A program made the translations under genes and the position numbers. Source: an uncultured virus (IMG/VR IMGVR_UViG_3300034418_003291) (Duplodnaviria; Heunggongvirae; Uroviricota; Caudoviricetes). From it: a stretch of DNA of 64,000 bases. Below are positions 41,740 to 51,276 of the stretch, piece after piece (the first letter of the stretch is position 1; each line of letters opens with the position of its first letter). The notes beneath the pieces were generated by a model. It was not told the DNA's origin, did no database searches, and was given only the letters and a program-made list of their open reading frames with translations. Location: the IMG/VR virus record IMGVR_UViG_3300034418_003291, one strand, 5' to 3'.

Positions 41740-42172
41740 TGTATTTTGTGAAGACGGTTGTAAGATCTACAAAGGAAGTCCAGAAGCTAACGCTTGGGAC
41801 CTAAGATCAAAAATAAATGCAACAATAGAGAAAGGAGAAACAGTAAAAATTCCTACGGGTGTATACTGTGGGTTTGGCAAAGGAGAGTATGGATTGGTTC
41901 TGCCTAGAAGTTCAATGGGCAAAAAAGGAATCTTCATTCCAAACTCACCTGGACTTATCGACACAGATTACAGGGGAGAGATTTGCGTTCTACTTTCTAA
42001 TGTAGGCTCTGAAACCATGTATATCCTACCTGGATCAAGAATTGCACAATTAATGTTCCAGCCAGACACTTCTGTTACTCCAACATTTATGACTAAAAGC
42101 CTCTGGGATGTCTTTAATAAGGCGTACCCAACCGAAAGAGGTGAAGGCGGCTTTGGGTCAACAGGAGAATAA
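41732..42172 (+). CDS. dut: dUTPase (trimeric type)
   Basis: PRSS, GLIDTDYRGEI, RIAQL, RGEGGFGSTG. Confidence 0.95.
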   Translation: MVNVFCEDGCKIYKGSPEANAWDLRSKINATIEKGETVKIPTGVYCGFGKGEYGLVLPRSSMGKKGIFIPNSPGLIDTDYRGEICVLLSNVGSETMYILPGSRIAQLMFQPDTSVTPTFMTKSLWDVFNKAYPTERGEGGFGSTGE

Positions 42173-43470
42173 TGTCAACCTATCGTTTTGAAGATTCGAT
42201 TCAAAGAGGAATCATCTACTTGTGCAAGTCCGACAAGGACTTTTTCTTGCAGGTGCTTCCTCTGATGAAACCTTCTTATTTTGATGCACTATCGCATCAG
42301 AATATTTTTCAATCTATAACCGATCACTATGAGAAGTACAAGCAGCTTCCTAACGATGACTTCATCATTGAGGAGTGCAAAAAGAAAGTAAAAAAGATAG
42401 AACATATCAGTGAGTACAAGACCGAACTTGAGAGCGTAAACTCGGTTGATGTTTCTTCTCTCAACAATCGTGATTACTTACTGGAGAAGGTTGAAGACTT
42501 CGCACAACACCAAGCAGTAGCTGGTGCTTTGGTAGAGTCTGTAGATCTTCTTAAGGATGGCAAGGTTGATAGCATCCCGACTATGCTTCGTGAGGCAATG
42601 AATGTCGGTCGTAGCATCGACATCGGGCAATCGTACTTTGATGATATTGACGCTCGCTATGATAGGCTGACCGACGATTCACACAGAGTTACCTTCAAGA
42701 CCCCGTTCCCATACATGAACGAAAAGGTTCTTGAAGGAGGTATCTCTAAGAAAGAACTCGCTATGGTTGTTGCTCCTCCCGGAGTAGGTAAGTCTCTTTA
42801 CCTTGTCAACCAAGCAGCGGTAGCAATGGCGGAAGGTAGAAATGTTCTTTACATCTCTCTTGAGATGTCTGAGGATAGAGTATCCCAAAGACTTGACTCC
42901 ATTATTACAAAGGTTCCTCAAAGCAGAATCAGAACTGACAGAGAGGAAGTAAAGAGGAGACTCGGTGTTGTACGCAAGAAGTATCCTAACTTCGGTAAGC
43001 TGGTGATCAAGGAGTTTCCAACTAAGCGTTGCACGGTTAATGGCCTTCGTGCTTATCTAAACCAATTAAAGAACTTCTCTGATTTTGAGCCTGACATCTT
43101 GATCGTGGACTACCTTGAGATCATGAGTACGGATTCGTCTATGCCTGAGTACAAGTCTCAAGAGATTCTCGCCCAAGAACTAAGAGGTTTGGCGGTAGAG
43201 AACGACCTAGCAGTATGGACGGCAACTCAGACCAACCGACAAGGTAAGTCCGTGGACATCATTAAGGACACAGAACTCGCAGACTCTTACGGAAAGATTC
43301 GTACCTGCGACTTTGTAATCTCACTTAACCAGAACGCAGAAGAGCGAGATGGAGGAGAAGGCAGAGTCCATGTTATGAAGAACCGAAACGGTAGACCAGG
43401 AGACACCTTCAGAATCGAGTTCCAGTATGATGTACTCGTTATGAAGCAAGCACCCCCATCAAACCAATGA
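42172..43470 (+). CDS. gp41: Replicative DnaB-like helicase, T4 gp41 type
   Basis: APPGVGKS, ISLEMSE, IKEFPT, VDYLE, WTATQTNR, KNRNG. Confidence 0.93.
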   Translation: MSTYRFEDSIQRGIIYLCKSDKDFFLQVLPLMKPSYFDALSHQNIFQSITDHYEKYKQLPNDDFIIEECKKKVKKIEHISEYKTELESVNSVDVSSLNNRDYLLEKVEDFAQHQAVAGALVESVDLLKDGKVDSIPTMLREAMNVGRSIDIGQSYFDDIDARYDRLTDDSHRVTFKTPFPYMNEKVLEGGISKKELAMVVAPPGVGKSLYLVNQAAVAMAEGRNVLYISLEMSEDRVSQRLDSIITKVPQSRIRTDREEVKRRLGVVRKKYPNFGKLVIKEFPTKRCTVNGLRAYLNQLKNFSDFEPDILIVDYLEIMSTDSSMPEYKSQEILAQELRGLAVENDLAVWTATQTNRQGKSVDIIKDTELADSYGKIRTCDFVISLNQNAEERDGGEGRVHVMKNRNGRPGDTFRIEFQYDVLVMKQAPPSNQ

Positions 43471-43823
43471 ACAGACCAGATGTAATCAACTATGCAGGAC
43501 TAAAGTTTACCGTTAGGTATACTCCAGACCCCTACAAGTCTTGGGACTCATGGGGATATGTAGACTTCGCAAAAAATCAAATCACGATTGCAACGAAATC
43601 TGAAGGCAAGCCTATCGCTGAGATAAGTATTGCTCAAACTTTGCTGCACGAAGTCTGTCATATTGTGTTGGAGTATGCTGGTATGGGAGGTTCTACCGAT
43701 ATGTTTGAACCTACTAACGAGTACCTGACATCGTTGATGTCATCTGGATTTACACAACTTTACTTACAAAACCCCGACCTCATAGAGTACCTTAACGAGA
43801 CTTTTTACGATGAAACTAACTAA
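43467..43823 (+). CDS. HExxH zincin-like phage protein
   Basis: TLLHEVCH followed by downstream E. Confidence 0.6.
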   Translation: MNRPDVINYAGLKFTVRYTPDPYKSWDSWGYVDFAKNQITIATKSEGKPIAEISIAQTLLHEVCHIVLEYAGMGGSTDMFEPTNEYLTSLMSSGFTQLYLQNPDLIEYLNETFYDETN

Positions 43824-44256
43824 GATACCTGAGATCTATAAGAATATCAACGCTCTTGTAGATCAGTTTTACCAAGAATTTATTGTGGTTGATTCCCACA
43901 ATATCCAGGAAAAGATCCTAAATCACAGCGCGAACTGCACTTTTATTATGGCACTCAACGCCTATGCACAGAAGCAAGTCGGTGAGTCAGAGCTATACTT
44001 AGAAAACGCTTTTAATAAGGCAAGAGATGAAGGGAGAACGCAAATCATTTCAAGCGGTACGCGAGCTACGGACAAAGCCGTTGAAGCAAAGGCTGAAAAC
44101 GATCCTGAAGTTCAAACCAGAAAGATTGAGCTTGTGGAAGCTAAGTACAAAGCTAATTTGATTAAGTCCCTTTCCATCGGAATGCAAAACCAAAAAGATA
44201 TGCTGATTCAAATCTCAGCAAATCAACGAGCAGAAAACAAACTACTAACCGAATAA
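43810..44256 (+). CDS. UvsY-like recombination mediator
   Basis: Helical 148 aa with TDKAVE....DP pattern; adjacent to SSB. Confidence 0.55.
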   Translation: MKLTKIPEIYKNINALVDQFYQEFIVVDSHNIQEKILNHSANCTFIMALNAYAQKQVGESELYLENAFNKARDEGRTQIISSGTRATDKAVEAKAENDPEVQTRKIELVEAKYKANLIKSLSIGMQNQKDMLIQISANQRAENKLLTE

Positions 44257-44257
44257 C

Positions 44258-45040
44258 ATGAACATCCAAGACCAACTACGAAAGAAGTATGCCCAACTAC
44301 AGGGCAACAACTCCGGCGATAAGAGCAACGATGACTTCCTAAAGAAGTTCATGCAGCTTGACATGGGAGAGACCGAGGTACGCATCCTACCCGCACAGGA
44401 TTCTGACCGAGACCTCTTCTACGCTGAGACTGCTATTCACCGTATCCAAGACAAGAACATCCACTGCCCACGCAAGAAGGATGATAAGTGTCCGATCTGT
44501 GATCTATATTTCAACGTTTGGGATCACATCAAGACCATCGGTCGTGATAACCCAGAAGCCGAGCCTTTCATCCAGTTTGCACGAAGCATTCGCGCTGGTG
44601 AGCGTTACTATGTAAACGCTATTGATCGAAAGAGCGGTGATGTAAAGATCCTGTCAGTCGGCAAAGGTCTATTCACCAAGTTCATGGATACTATCTTTGA
44701 CGAAGACTATGGAGATATTACCGATCTACAAGAAGGTTTCGACTTCAAGATCACCAAAGAGATGAAGTCCACCTCGATGGGTAACTTCCCCAACTACGAC
44801 AAGTCTAAGCCAAAGCCACGCAGCACTCCTGCGGGAAGTGATGCAGATATCCGTGAATGGATGGATTCACTCCACGACATTCATGGTCTAGTGAAGCTGA
44901 AGGAGTATGATGAACTTAAGACGATGGCTGACAGTCTGCAAGAGACCATTTTCCCAAAGACTGTTATGAGTCCAGATGCAGCCGAAAGTTTTGATAGTGA
45001 GTCTAGCATTCTTGATGATGATCTAGGTGATTATATGTAA
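44258..45040 (+). CDS. gp32: Single-stranded DNA-binding protein, gp32-like
   Basis: VRILP, H....C....CPIC zinc site, YYVN, DITD..EG.DF, YDKS, acidic tail. Confidence 0.88.
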   Translation: MNIQDQLRKKYAQLQGNNSGDKSNDDFLKKFMQLDMGETEVRILPAQDSDRDLFYAETAIHRIQDKNIHCPRKKDDKCPICDLYFNVWDHIKTIGRDNPEAEPFIQFARSIRAGERYYVNAIDRKSGDVKILSVGKGLFTKFMDTIFDEDYGDITDLQEGFDFKITKEMKSTSMGNFPNYDKSKPKPRSTPAGSDADIREWMDSLHDIHGLVKLKEYDELKTMADSLQETIFPKTVMSPDAAESFDSESSILDDDLGDYM

Positions 45041-45068
45041 ACTAGCATAAACTTTTGAATTTTTCTAC

Positions 45069-45101
45069 GGGTACTTCTTTAATTAGAAGTACCCTATTTT
45101 T
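45069..45101 (+). terminator. Intrinsic terminator-like hairpin after SSB
   Basis: GGGTACTTCT-TTAATT-AGAAGTACCC followed by TATTTTT. Confidence 0.75.
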
Positions 45102-46289
45102 ATGGTTAAAGTCTCATACGAAACGGAGAAGAAGAAGAAACTAAAGATTCTAGCTTGCCCCGCTAACAAAGGTGGCTGTGCATACTACCGCGTAATTATG
45201 CCAGCAGAAAAGTTGCAGGAACTATACCCTGACCGTGTTGAAGTTCGATTCAACTACAACCCACTTGATTGGGATGAAACAACGAGACAACCAAAACAAG
45301 AACCTAACCTGTCTGATATTGAGTGGGCTGATGTCGTATTCACTCAGAATATTCATCAGTTCGGTGGTCCTTACACTTATTCTTTTATGCGTTATGTAAA
45401 GGAGCAAGGAAAGTTTCTTCACTACGACACAGACGATCTACTAACGAATCTGTATCCAGAGCATAAGCTTTTTCAAGTATACATAGATCAGAAGTTATCG
45501 GAGTTAACACAGCATCTGTACAACATGGCAGACTTAGTTTCCGTTACTCAGAATAAGTTCGCTCACCGCATCTCTCAGTACTGCACAGGCACATTAGCCG
45601 TCATCAAGAACGCCATAGACTTCAACCTTGATTGCTGGAACGCTCCAAAGACTGAGGCTAAGGTAACACGCATAGGCTGGGCTGGAGGCATCCACCACAG
45701 GGTCGATGTTCAACAGTTCAGAGGCGTTATAGCGGGTGTTAACAGGACTATAGGAACGAAGAAGAACCACTGGATATTTATGGGAAGACCTCCCAAAACT
45801 CCTGACGGTAGCCGTAACTGGGAGCAAGAGGTTTGGGACGAATATGAAAGAAACTTCTTGACAGGAGCAAAACACCCTAATGTTACATGGGCAGAAGCCC
45901 TACCGCCAAATATGTATGGCTTCTTGTACCAGCACTTAGACATTGCTATAGCCCCTCTTCAGATGAACGACTTCAACGATTCTAAATCAGAGATCAAGTT
46001 GATGGAGTGTGGTCGTTATGGAGTTCCTCTTGTATGCACTAATGTCGGTTGCTATGAAGAGGTTATCAAGAACTATGAGACTGGCTATCTCATTCCTGAA
46101 GAGAACGATAAAAAGGAATGGGTAAGAGTCTTGAGCAAACTTAGTAAGGACAAGCAACTTGTAAAGGAGATGGGACAGAATCTTAAGAAGGTTGTTGACG
46201 AAAGGTACGACATCAACAAGCATATCCACTTACGCATAGACCTTTATGAAAGACTTTTAGAGGAGAAGCAAATTGCCGCAACAAGTTAA
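45102..46289 (+). CDS. Glycosyltransferase, GT-B (GT4-like)
   Basis: GCAYYR, DTDDLL, IGWAGG..H, DIAIAPL..NDFN.SKSEIKLME. Confidence 0.85.
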   Translation: MVKVSYETEKKKKLKILACPANKGGCAYYRVIMPAEKLQELYPDRVEVRFNYNPLDWDETTRQPKQEPNLSDIEWADVVFTQNIHQFGGPYTYSFMRYVKEQGKFLHYDTDDLLTNLYPEHKLFQVYIDQKLSELTQHLYNMADLVSVTQNKFAHRISQYCTGTLAVIKNAIDFNLDCWNAPKTEAKVTRIGWAGGIHHRVDVQQFRGVIAGVNRTIGTKKNHWIFMGRPPKTPDGSRNWEQEVWDEYERNFLTGAKHPNVTWAEALPPNMYGFLYQHLDIAIAPLQMNDFNDSKSEIKLMECGRYGVPLVCTNVGCYEEVIKNYETGYLIPEENDKKEWVRVLSKLSKDKQLVKEMGQNLKKVVDERYDINKHIHLRIDLYERLLEEKQIAATS

Positions 46290-47073
46290 GATTGTTACTG
46301 GGTGGTCAAACCCTGGAGGGTCAACCACTTGCATCATTAACCTTGCGAAAAAGTTGATAGACTCAGGGTACGATGTAGAGGTATTTGGTCCCCACGATTG
46401 GCATATACATGAGCTTGCAAGACAAGGGTACAATGTGGGATTTGGAAGCAAATACTTCTCTTGCAAAGAGGACGATATCGTCATTAGCCACTTCGCCATG
46501 CTTGGTCCAATCAAGGCAAAGAAAAAGATCTACTGGTGTCATGAGATGTCTAACTTCATGAACCTAACGGATGATATGATGGAGCCATACGATAAAGTAG
46601 TTTTTGTGTCCGAAACACAAAAGAAAACTCACTCACTGAAAAGTGATAGATCTATAGTAATACCCAACTTCATAGAAGAGTTCCCAAAGATGAAGCATGA
46701 GAGAGCTTGCGGTATTATTGGAAGCATAGACACAAACAAGCAAACCCATATGTCCATACAAAAAGCTCTGCACGACGGAGAAAAGAAAATATACCTATTT
46801 GGAAATGTCACAGATAAGGTCTACTACGACAATTTCGTCAAGCATTATGTAGATTCTGGGTTTGTATCTCCTCCTATGTACGAGGCTGATAAAGTTAAGA
46901 TGTATTCTATGATCGACAAGGTTTATCACAGTGCTTTGTACGAGTCTTTTGGTCTTGTGAAAGCGGAGTGCTACGCTTTGGGCATTGATTATATGGGAAC
47001 AGTTGGTGAGGATGAATGTTCTTACAAAACAAACGATGAGGTTTTTGAGCTATGGAAAGAAATCCTAAAGTAA
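46273..47073 (+). CDS. Glycosyltransferase, GT-B-like
   Basis: GGS N-terminal loop, WCHE, VIPN, K..H, ESFGLV.AE. Confidence 0.75.
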   Translation: MPQQVKIVTGWSNPGGSTTCIINLAKKLIDSGYDVEVFGPHDWHIHELARQGYNVGFGSKYFSCKEDDIVISHFAMLGPIKAKKKIYWCHEMSNFMNLTDDMMEPYDKVVFVSETQKKTHSLKSDRSIVIPNFIEEFPKMKHERACGIIGSIDTNKQTHMSIQKALHDGEKKIYLFGNVTDKVYYDNFVKHYVDSGFVSPPMYEADKVKMYSMIDKVYHSALYESFGLVKAECYALGIDYMGTVGEDECSYKTNDEVFELWKEILK

Positions 47074-47759
47074 CTATAGTATGCTCAACCTTCAACTCCG
47101 CAAAGTGGATTGATGGATACCTGGAATCTGTGAATAATCAGCTAGAGAAGGAGTTTGATATTATCTTTGTCGATGCGGGATCAGATGACGGCTCCTGGAA
47201 AACAATCACAAACTATCAGTTTCGGAAAGGCATTAGCCCTCAGTATATCCAAGAGCCAGGATGCTCTATTTACGAAGCATGGAATACTGGGTACAGCAAA
47301 AGCAAAACCGAGTATACCATGAACTTCAACACCGATGACAGGCTGTACCCTGCCGCAATATCTACTTTGCTGGCGTATGCTATAGCCAATCCCCAAGCAG
47401 ATATGATCTATTCCTCATATCTGACGGTGAAGGATAAGGAGCATAAGCAAATAGTGAACCTGTCCATAGCTCCAGAAATGAGCAAAAATACTCTGTTAGG
47501 TCTTTGCATTTGCGGTCCCTTTCCCCTTTTGAGAACGAAAGCGATTATTGAAGCTGGACTATTCAACCCTAAGTACACTATCTCTGGAGACTATGAGATG
47601 TGGCTAAAGCTGCTATCAAGAGGCTGTGAGCTTATGAATATTTCAGAAGCGATTGGAACATATTTCTTCAACCCCGAAGGAATGAGTACCAATAGGGAAA
47701 GCAAGCATTGGCAGGAACACATTAAGCAAGACACAGAAATACGGAGGATTTACGCTTGA
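47052..47759 (+). CDS. Glycosyltransferase family 2 (GT-A)
   Basis: VDAGSDDGS, YEAWN.G, NTDD, GDYEMWL. Confidence 0.9.
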   Translation: MERNPKVTIVCSTFNSAKWIDGYLESVNNQLEKEFDIIFVDAGSDDGSWKTITNYQFRKGISPQYIQEPGCSIYEAWNTGYSKSKTEYTMNFNTDDRLYPAAISTLLAYAIANPQADMIYSSYLTVKDKEHKQIVNLSIAPEMSKNTLLGLCICGPFPLLRTKAIIEAGLFNPKYTISGDYEMWLKLLSRGCELMNISEAIGTYFFNPEGMSTNRESKHWQEHIKQDTEIRRIYA

Positions 47760-48403
47760 AAAGGGTAATATCGTTTAGCCTTTGGGGAGACAATCCAATA
47801 TATACGCAAGGTGCAATAAAAAATGCGGAACTAGCATCAACAGTTTACCCCGGATGGAAGACTAGGTTTTATATTGGAACCTCCACCCCAGACCATGTTG
47901 TGCATACTTTGGAAAGCACAGAAAACTGTGAAGTTTTTCTGAAAGACGGAGCAGGAGATTGGAGAGGTATGTTTTGGAGGTTTGAAGCTGCCTCAGACCC
48001 TAGCATTGAGGTGATGCTGTCGAGGGATTGTGACTCAAGACTAAATCATCGGGAAGCAGCCGCTGTTAATGAGTGGTTAGAAAGCGACAAAAGTTTTCAT
48101 ATTATGAGGGATCACCCTTTCCACAGAACCGAGATTCTTGGAGGTATGTGGGGAGTTAGGGACGGACTTCTTCATAACATGAAAGAACTCATAGATGATT
48201 TTGAGAAGGGAGACTACTGGCAAGTAGATCAGGATTTTCTCAAAACCATTTACCATAAGGTAAGAGACTCCGCTTGTGTACATGACGAGTTTTTTGAGAG
48301 ATTTCCATTTCCTACAAAGAGAAAGGGCAAGTTTTTTGTGGGACAAGCCTTTAATGAGAAAGAGGAACCTCTACACCCAGAGCACATGGAGCTTATAAAA
48401 TAA
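47756..48403 (+). CDS. Putative GT-A-fold glycosyltransferase-like protein
   Basis: SFSLWG, MFWRF, SRDCDSR (DxD), IMRDHP.H, GGMWG, DQDFL; inside GT cluster. Confidence 0.55.
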   Translation: MKRVISFSLWGDNPIYTQGAIKNAELASTVYPGWKTRFYIGTSTPDHVVHTLESTENCEVFLKDGAGDWRGMFWRFEAASDPSIEVMLSRDCDSRLNHREAAAVNEWLESDKSFHIMRDHPFHRTEILGGMWGVRDGLLHNMKELIDDFEKGDYWQVDQDFLKTIYHKVRDSACVHDEFFERFPFPTKRKGKFFVGQAFNEKEEPLHPEHMELIK

Positions 48404-48420
48404 ACTATAAGCCAATACCG

Positions 48421-49062
48421 ATGAAATACTCAATACACATTTTAACGACGCATAAGAACAAGAATAGACAAGAAGTTATTCTGGATACTTGGTTAAAAGG
48501 AAGGAATAACTATATTTTCTATACCGACAAGAACACGGGTGTGGGGAATCAAGTGGAGGTTGATCCTGATGACACTTATTTTTCTAATGGTAAGAAAAAC
48601 CTAGCTGAACTTTTACGAGTATACCACACAGAGCATTATAAGAATGTGGATTGGATGTTATTTTGTGACGACGATACTTGTGTGAATGTTAGTAAGCTAG
48701 AAGAAACGCTTCCTACACTCAACCAATCAAAAATGCATGGCTCTATGTTGAAAGGGACATGGCCCCAAGACAAGGGATTGGAGTATCTTTCTGGGGGTGC
48801 TGGATACCTTATATCTTCTAAGTTGATAGAGGATAAAGGCGTCCCTTCGCTAGATTATCTAAGAAAGTCTTATTACTCAGATGTTTGTGTGGGACTTTGG
48901 GCTAGGGACAACGATATAGAGATGTTAGATGTAAAAGGATTTTATTCACAACCTCCTGAGTTTTACAACTTAACTGATGATGAGATTAGTGATAGCTATA
49001 CATTCCATTACATAAAGGAATGTGAGGATGTGAATAGACTGCTAGAGAAGTTTAATGATTAA
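48421..49062 (+). CDS. Fringe/GT31-like glycosyltransferase
   Basis: TW, WMLFCDDDTCVN, YLSGGAGY, DVCVGLW, TFH. Confidence 0.8.
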   Translation: MKYSIHILTTHKNKNRQEVILDTWLKGRNNYIFYTDKNTGVGNQVEVDPDDTYFSNGKKNLAELLRVYHTEHYKNVDWMLFCDDDTCVNVSKLEETLPTLNQSKMHGSMLKGTWPQDKGLEYLSGGAGYLISSKLIEDKGVPSLDYLRKSYYSDVCVGLWARDNDIEMLDVKGFYSQPPEFYNLTDDEISDSYTFHYIKECEDVNRLLEKFND

Positions 49063-50128
49063 GATGAAGTTCTATAACATAGATATGCACATATCAGTTA
49101 TCGCTGATATGAAAAAGATCTTTGAGTCTCTGGGACATAAAGTAGACGATGTATCCCTCTCAGATCACACATGGGTATTTAATAGAGAGAAAGGTAGTAT
49201 ACCTCTTCTCGATAATGGTAACTGGATGAGGTTGTCTGCGGACAATATGTCTGACCAGTTCTACGATAGGTATAAGGATGAGCTAAATGAGTATGACGCA
49301 TTCATCGTTACCTACCCACCTCCGTTCTCGTTACTATACAAAAAGTTCGATAAGCCAATCATTGTAAACATACCTATTAGGTATGAATGGCCTTTCTCTT
49401 TCCGCGCTCATGAGTGGAATAAGTTCAACGACTACTTAAAGAGTGGTGTTGACGAAGGTAGAATAATATTAGTAGCTAACAATCTAACTGATAAAATATA
49501 CACTGAGGCTTTTATTGATAGGGAGGTTAAGCACATACCCAGCTTCTGTGATTACTTCCCAGAGCAGTACACAGGAACGAATAAAGATTTCCTGTACTAC
49601 TCAAAGCAGAGGATGCCTGAGCTTGACAGCATTGATGTAAAGTACAAGCCTGATGCCCTACAGAACCACAGCTACGAAGACTTACTAGCTTACAAGGGCA
49701 TAGTTCACATACCTTACGCCTGTTCATACATGTCTATCTTTGAGCAGTATGCAGCGAATGTACCACTGTTTGTCCCAGACATAGATTTACTTTGTAAGCT
49801 TTACTCAGAAGGTAAAGCATTCTCCGAGATTCTATTCAGCAGAATGTATAACACTCCTCCAATGTCACAGGTCATGCCTAGAGACGCATCGTTTGATCCT
49901 AATGATTATATGAGTATGAGTGTTATTAAGAAGCTCGCTGAGGGTTCGGACTTCTATGATACTGAGTGGATGCCGTCAGTAACTCAGTTCTCCTCTTTTG
50001 ATCATTTGAATGATATACTGACTAGCTGTGACACTGAGAAGATTAGTGAACAGATGAAAGAGGATAATAAAATTAGAAAGTCTAAAATATACTCGGAGTG
50101 GGAATCTATTATAGAGGGTATATCATGA
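49055..50128 (+). CDS. Putative GT-B-like protein
   Basis: DMHISVIAD; HIPY..S.MSIFEQY..NVPLFVP resembles a GT-B donor-binding segment; inside GT cluster. Confidence 0.45.
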   Translation: MIKMKFYNIDMHISVIADMKKIFESLGHKVDDVSLSDHTWVFNREKGSIPLLDNGNWMRLSADNMSDQFYDRYKDELNEYDAFIVTYPPPFSLLYKKFDKPIIVNIPIRYEWPFSFRAHEWNKFNDYLKSGVDEGRIILVANNLTDKIYTEAFIDREVKHIPSFCDYFPEQYTGTNKDFLYYSKQRMPELDSIDVKYKPDALQNHSYEDLLAYKGIVHIPYACSYMSIFEQYAANVPLFVPDIDLLCKLYSEGKAFSEILFSRMYNTPPMSQVMPRDASFDPNDYMSMSVIKKLAEGSDFYDTEWMPSVTQFSSFDHLNDILTSCDTEKISEQMKEDNKIRKSKIYSEWESIIEGIS

Positions 50129-51276
50129 TAAACCTAGTAAAGGATACTATATCCAATAAAGAAATAGACCATCTAGTTCAATGGCTACAAACATATCCTA
50201 AGTTAACAAAAGGAGAGCTTACTGAAAGGTTTGAAAGTTATTGGTCTGAGTGGTTGGGTGTAAAACATTCTGTATTTGTTAATTCAGGATCGTCTGCTAA
50301 CCTCGCCATGCTTTATGCGCTACAGCAAAGCGGGAGGATGAAAAACAACAAAGTAATTGTGCCTTGTGTATCGTGGACTACCACTATAAGTCCTGTGATA
50401 CAGTTGGGCATGGAACCCATTCTATGTGATGCATCCTTAGATAATCTTGGTTTAGATTATAACCATCTCCGCGATCTATGCGAAGAACATGACCCAGCCT
50501 GTATTCTGCTAGTACATGTCTTGGGTGTGCCAAATGATATGAAAGAGATTATGGATATTTGTGAGAAGCATGATATCATTCTTCTAGAGGATTCATGCGA
50601 AAGTGTAGGTTCTACCTATCTTGGAACTAACACGGGAGGCTTTGGTCTTATGTCAAGCTTCTCTACATACTTTGGACATCACTTCTCAACAGTAGAAGGT
50701 GGCTTAGTAAGCACAGATGATTTTGAACTGTACGAGCTTCTAAAATCTATTAGGTCGCATGGGTGGTCTAGGGATCTTTCAGAAGAGACTAGAGCCAAGC
50801 TTAGGGAGGAAAATGGTATAGATGAGTTTAGGGACTTGTATTCATTCTATTACCCAGGCTTTAACCTGAGAGCTACAGAGATACAAGCGTTCCTTGGCAT
50901 AAATCAGCTACAACATTTGGATTTAAAGAACCATACTAGACAGCTAAACTTTATTAGATATCAGTCTAAGATAAAGAATAGTTATTGGAAGATAAAGCCT
51001 CATCCTTGTGCTACTATTAGTAACTTTGCATACCCTATCATCCATCCAAAGAAGGATGAGATAGTAGAGAAGCTAAAGGAAGGGGGAGTAGAGTGCAGAC
51101 CTCTTGTCTGTGGAAATATGGCAAGGCAGCCGTACTTCATAAAACTATACGGACAGAAGAAGTTTAACTTCGCTGATGTTATTCATGATTATGGTCTGTA
51201 TGTACCCAATCACCCTGAGATGTCCGAGGAGGATGTAGACTATATTTGCAATATAATTAACGAGGTTATTAAATGA
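50125..51276 (+). CDS. colD: PLP-dependent DegT/DnrJ-family enzyme, ColD-like GDP-4-keto-6-deoxy-D-mannose 3-dehydratase
   Basis: VNSGSSAN, EDSCES, SFSTYFGHHFSTVEGG (His at the usual Schiff-base Lys), RSHGWSR; next to fcl and gmd. Confidence 0.75.
   Translation: MINLVKDTISNKEIDHLVQWLQTYPKLTKGELTERFESYWSEWLGVKHSVFVNSGSSANLAMLYALQQSGRMKNNKVIVPCVSWTTTISPVIQLGMEPILCDASLDNLGLDYNHLRDLCEEHDPACILLVHVLGVPNDMKEIMDICEKHDIILLEDSCESVGSTYLGTNTGGFGLMSSFSTYFGHHFSTVEGGLVSTDDFELYELLKSIRSHGWSRDLSEETRAKLREENGIDEFRDLYSFYYPGFNLRATEIQAFLGINQLQHLDLKNHTRQLNFIRYQSKIKNSYWKIKPHPCATISNFAYPIIHPKKDEIVEKLKEGGVECRPLVCGNMARQPYFIKLYGQKKFNFADVIHDYGLYVPNHPEMSEEDVDYICNIINEVIK

Noticed and set aside
33771..42172. Uracil-containing genome suggested by the UDG-like domain
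   Set aside because: An intact dUTPase is encoded and the UDG-like domain looks catalytically degenerate
33771..43470. Inteins or group I introns in polA, nrdJ or helicase
   Set aside because: No intein terminal motifs or homing endonuclease ORFs; proteins are of normal length; the polA junction has no intervening sequence
50125..51276. Perosamine synthase or CDP-sugar E1 dehydrase assignment
   Set aside because: Catalytic Lys is replaced by His, the E1 Fe-S Cys motif is absent, and neighbours are GDP-pathway genes
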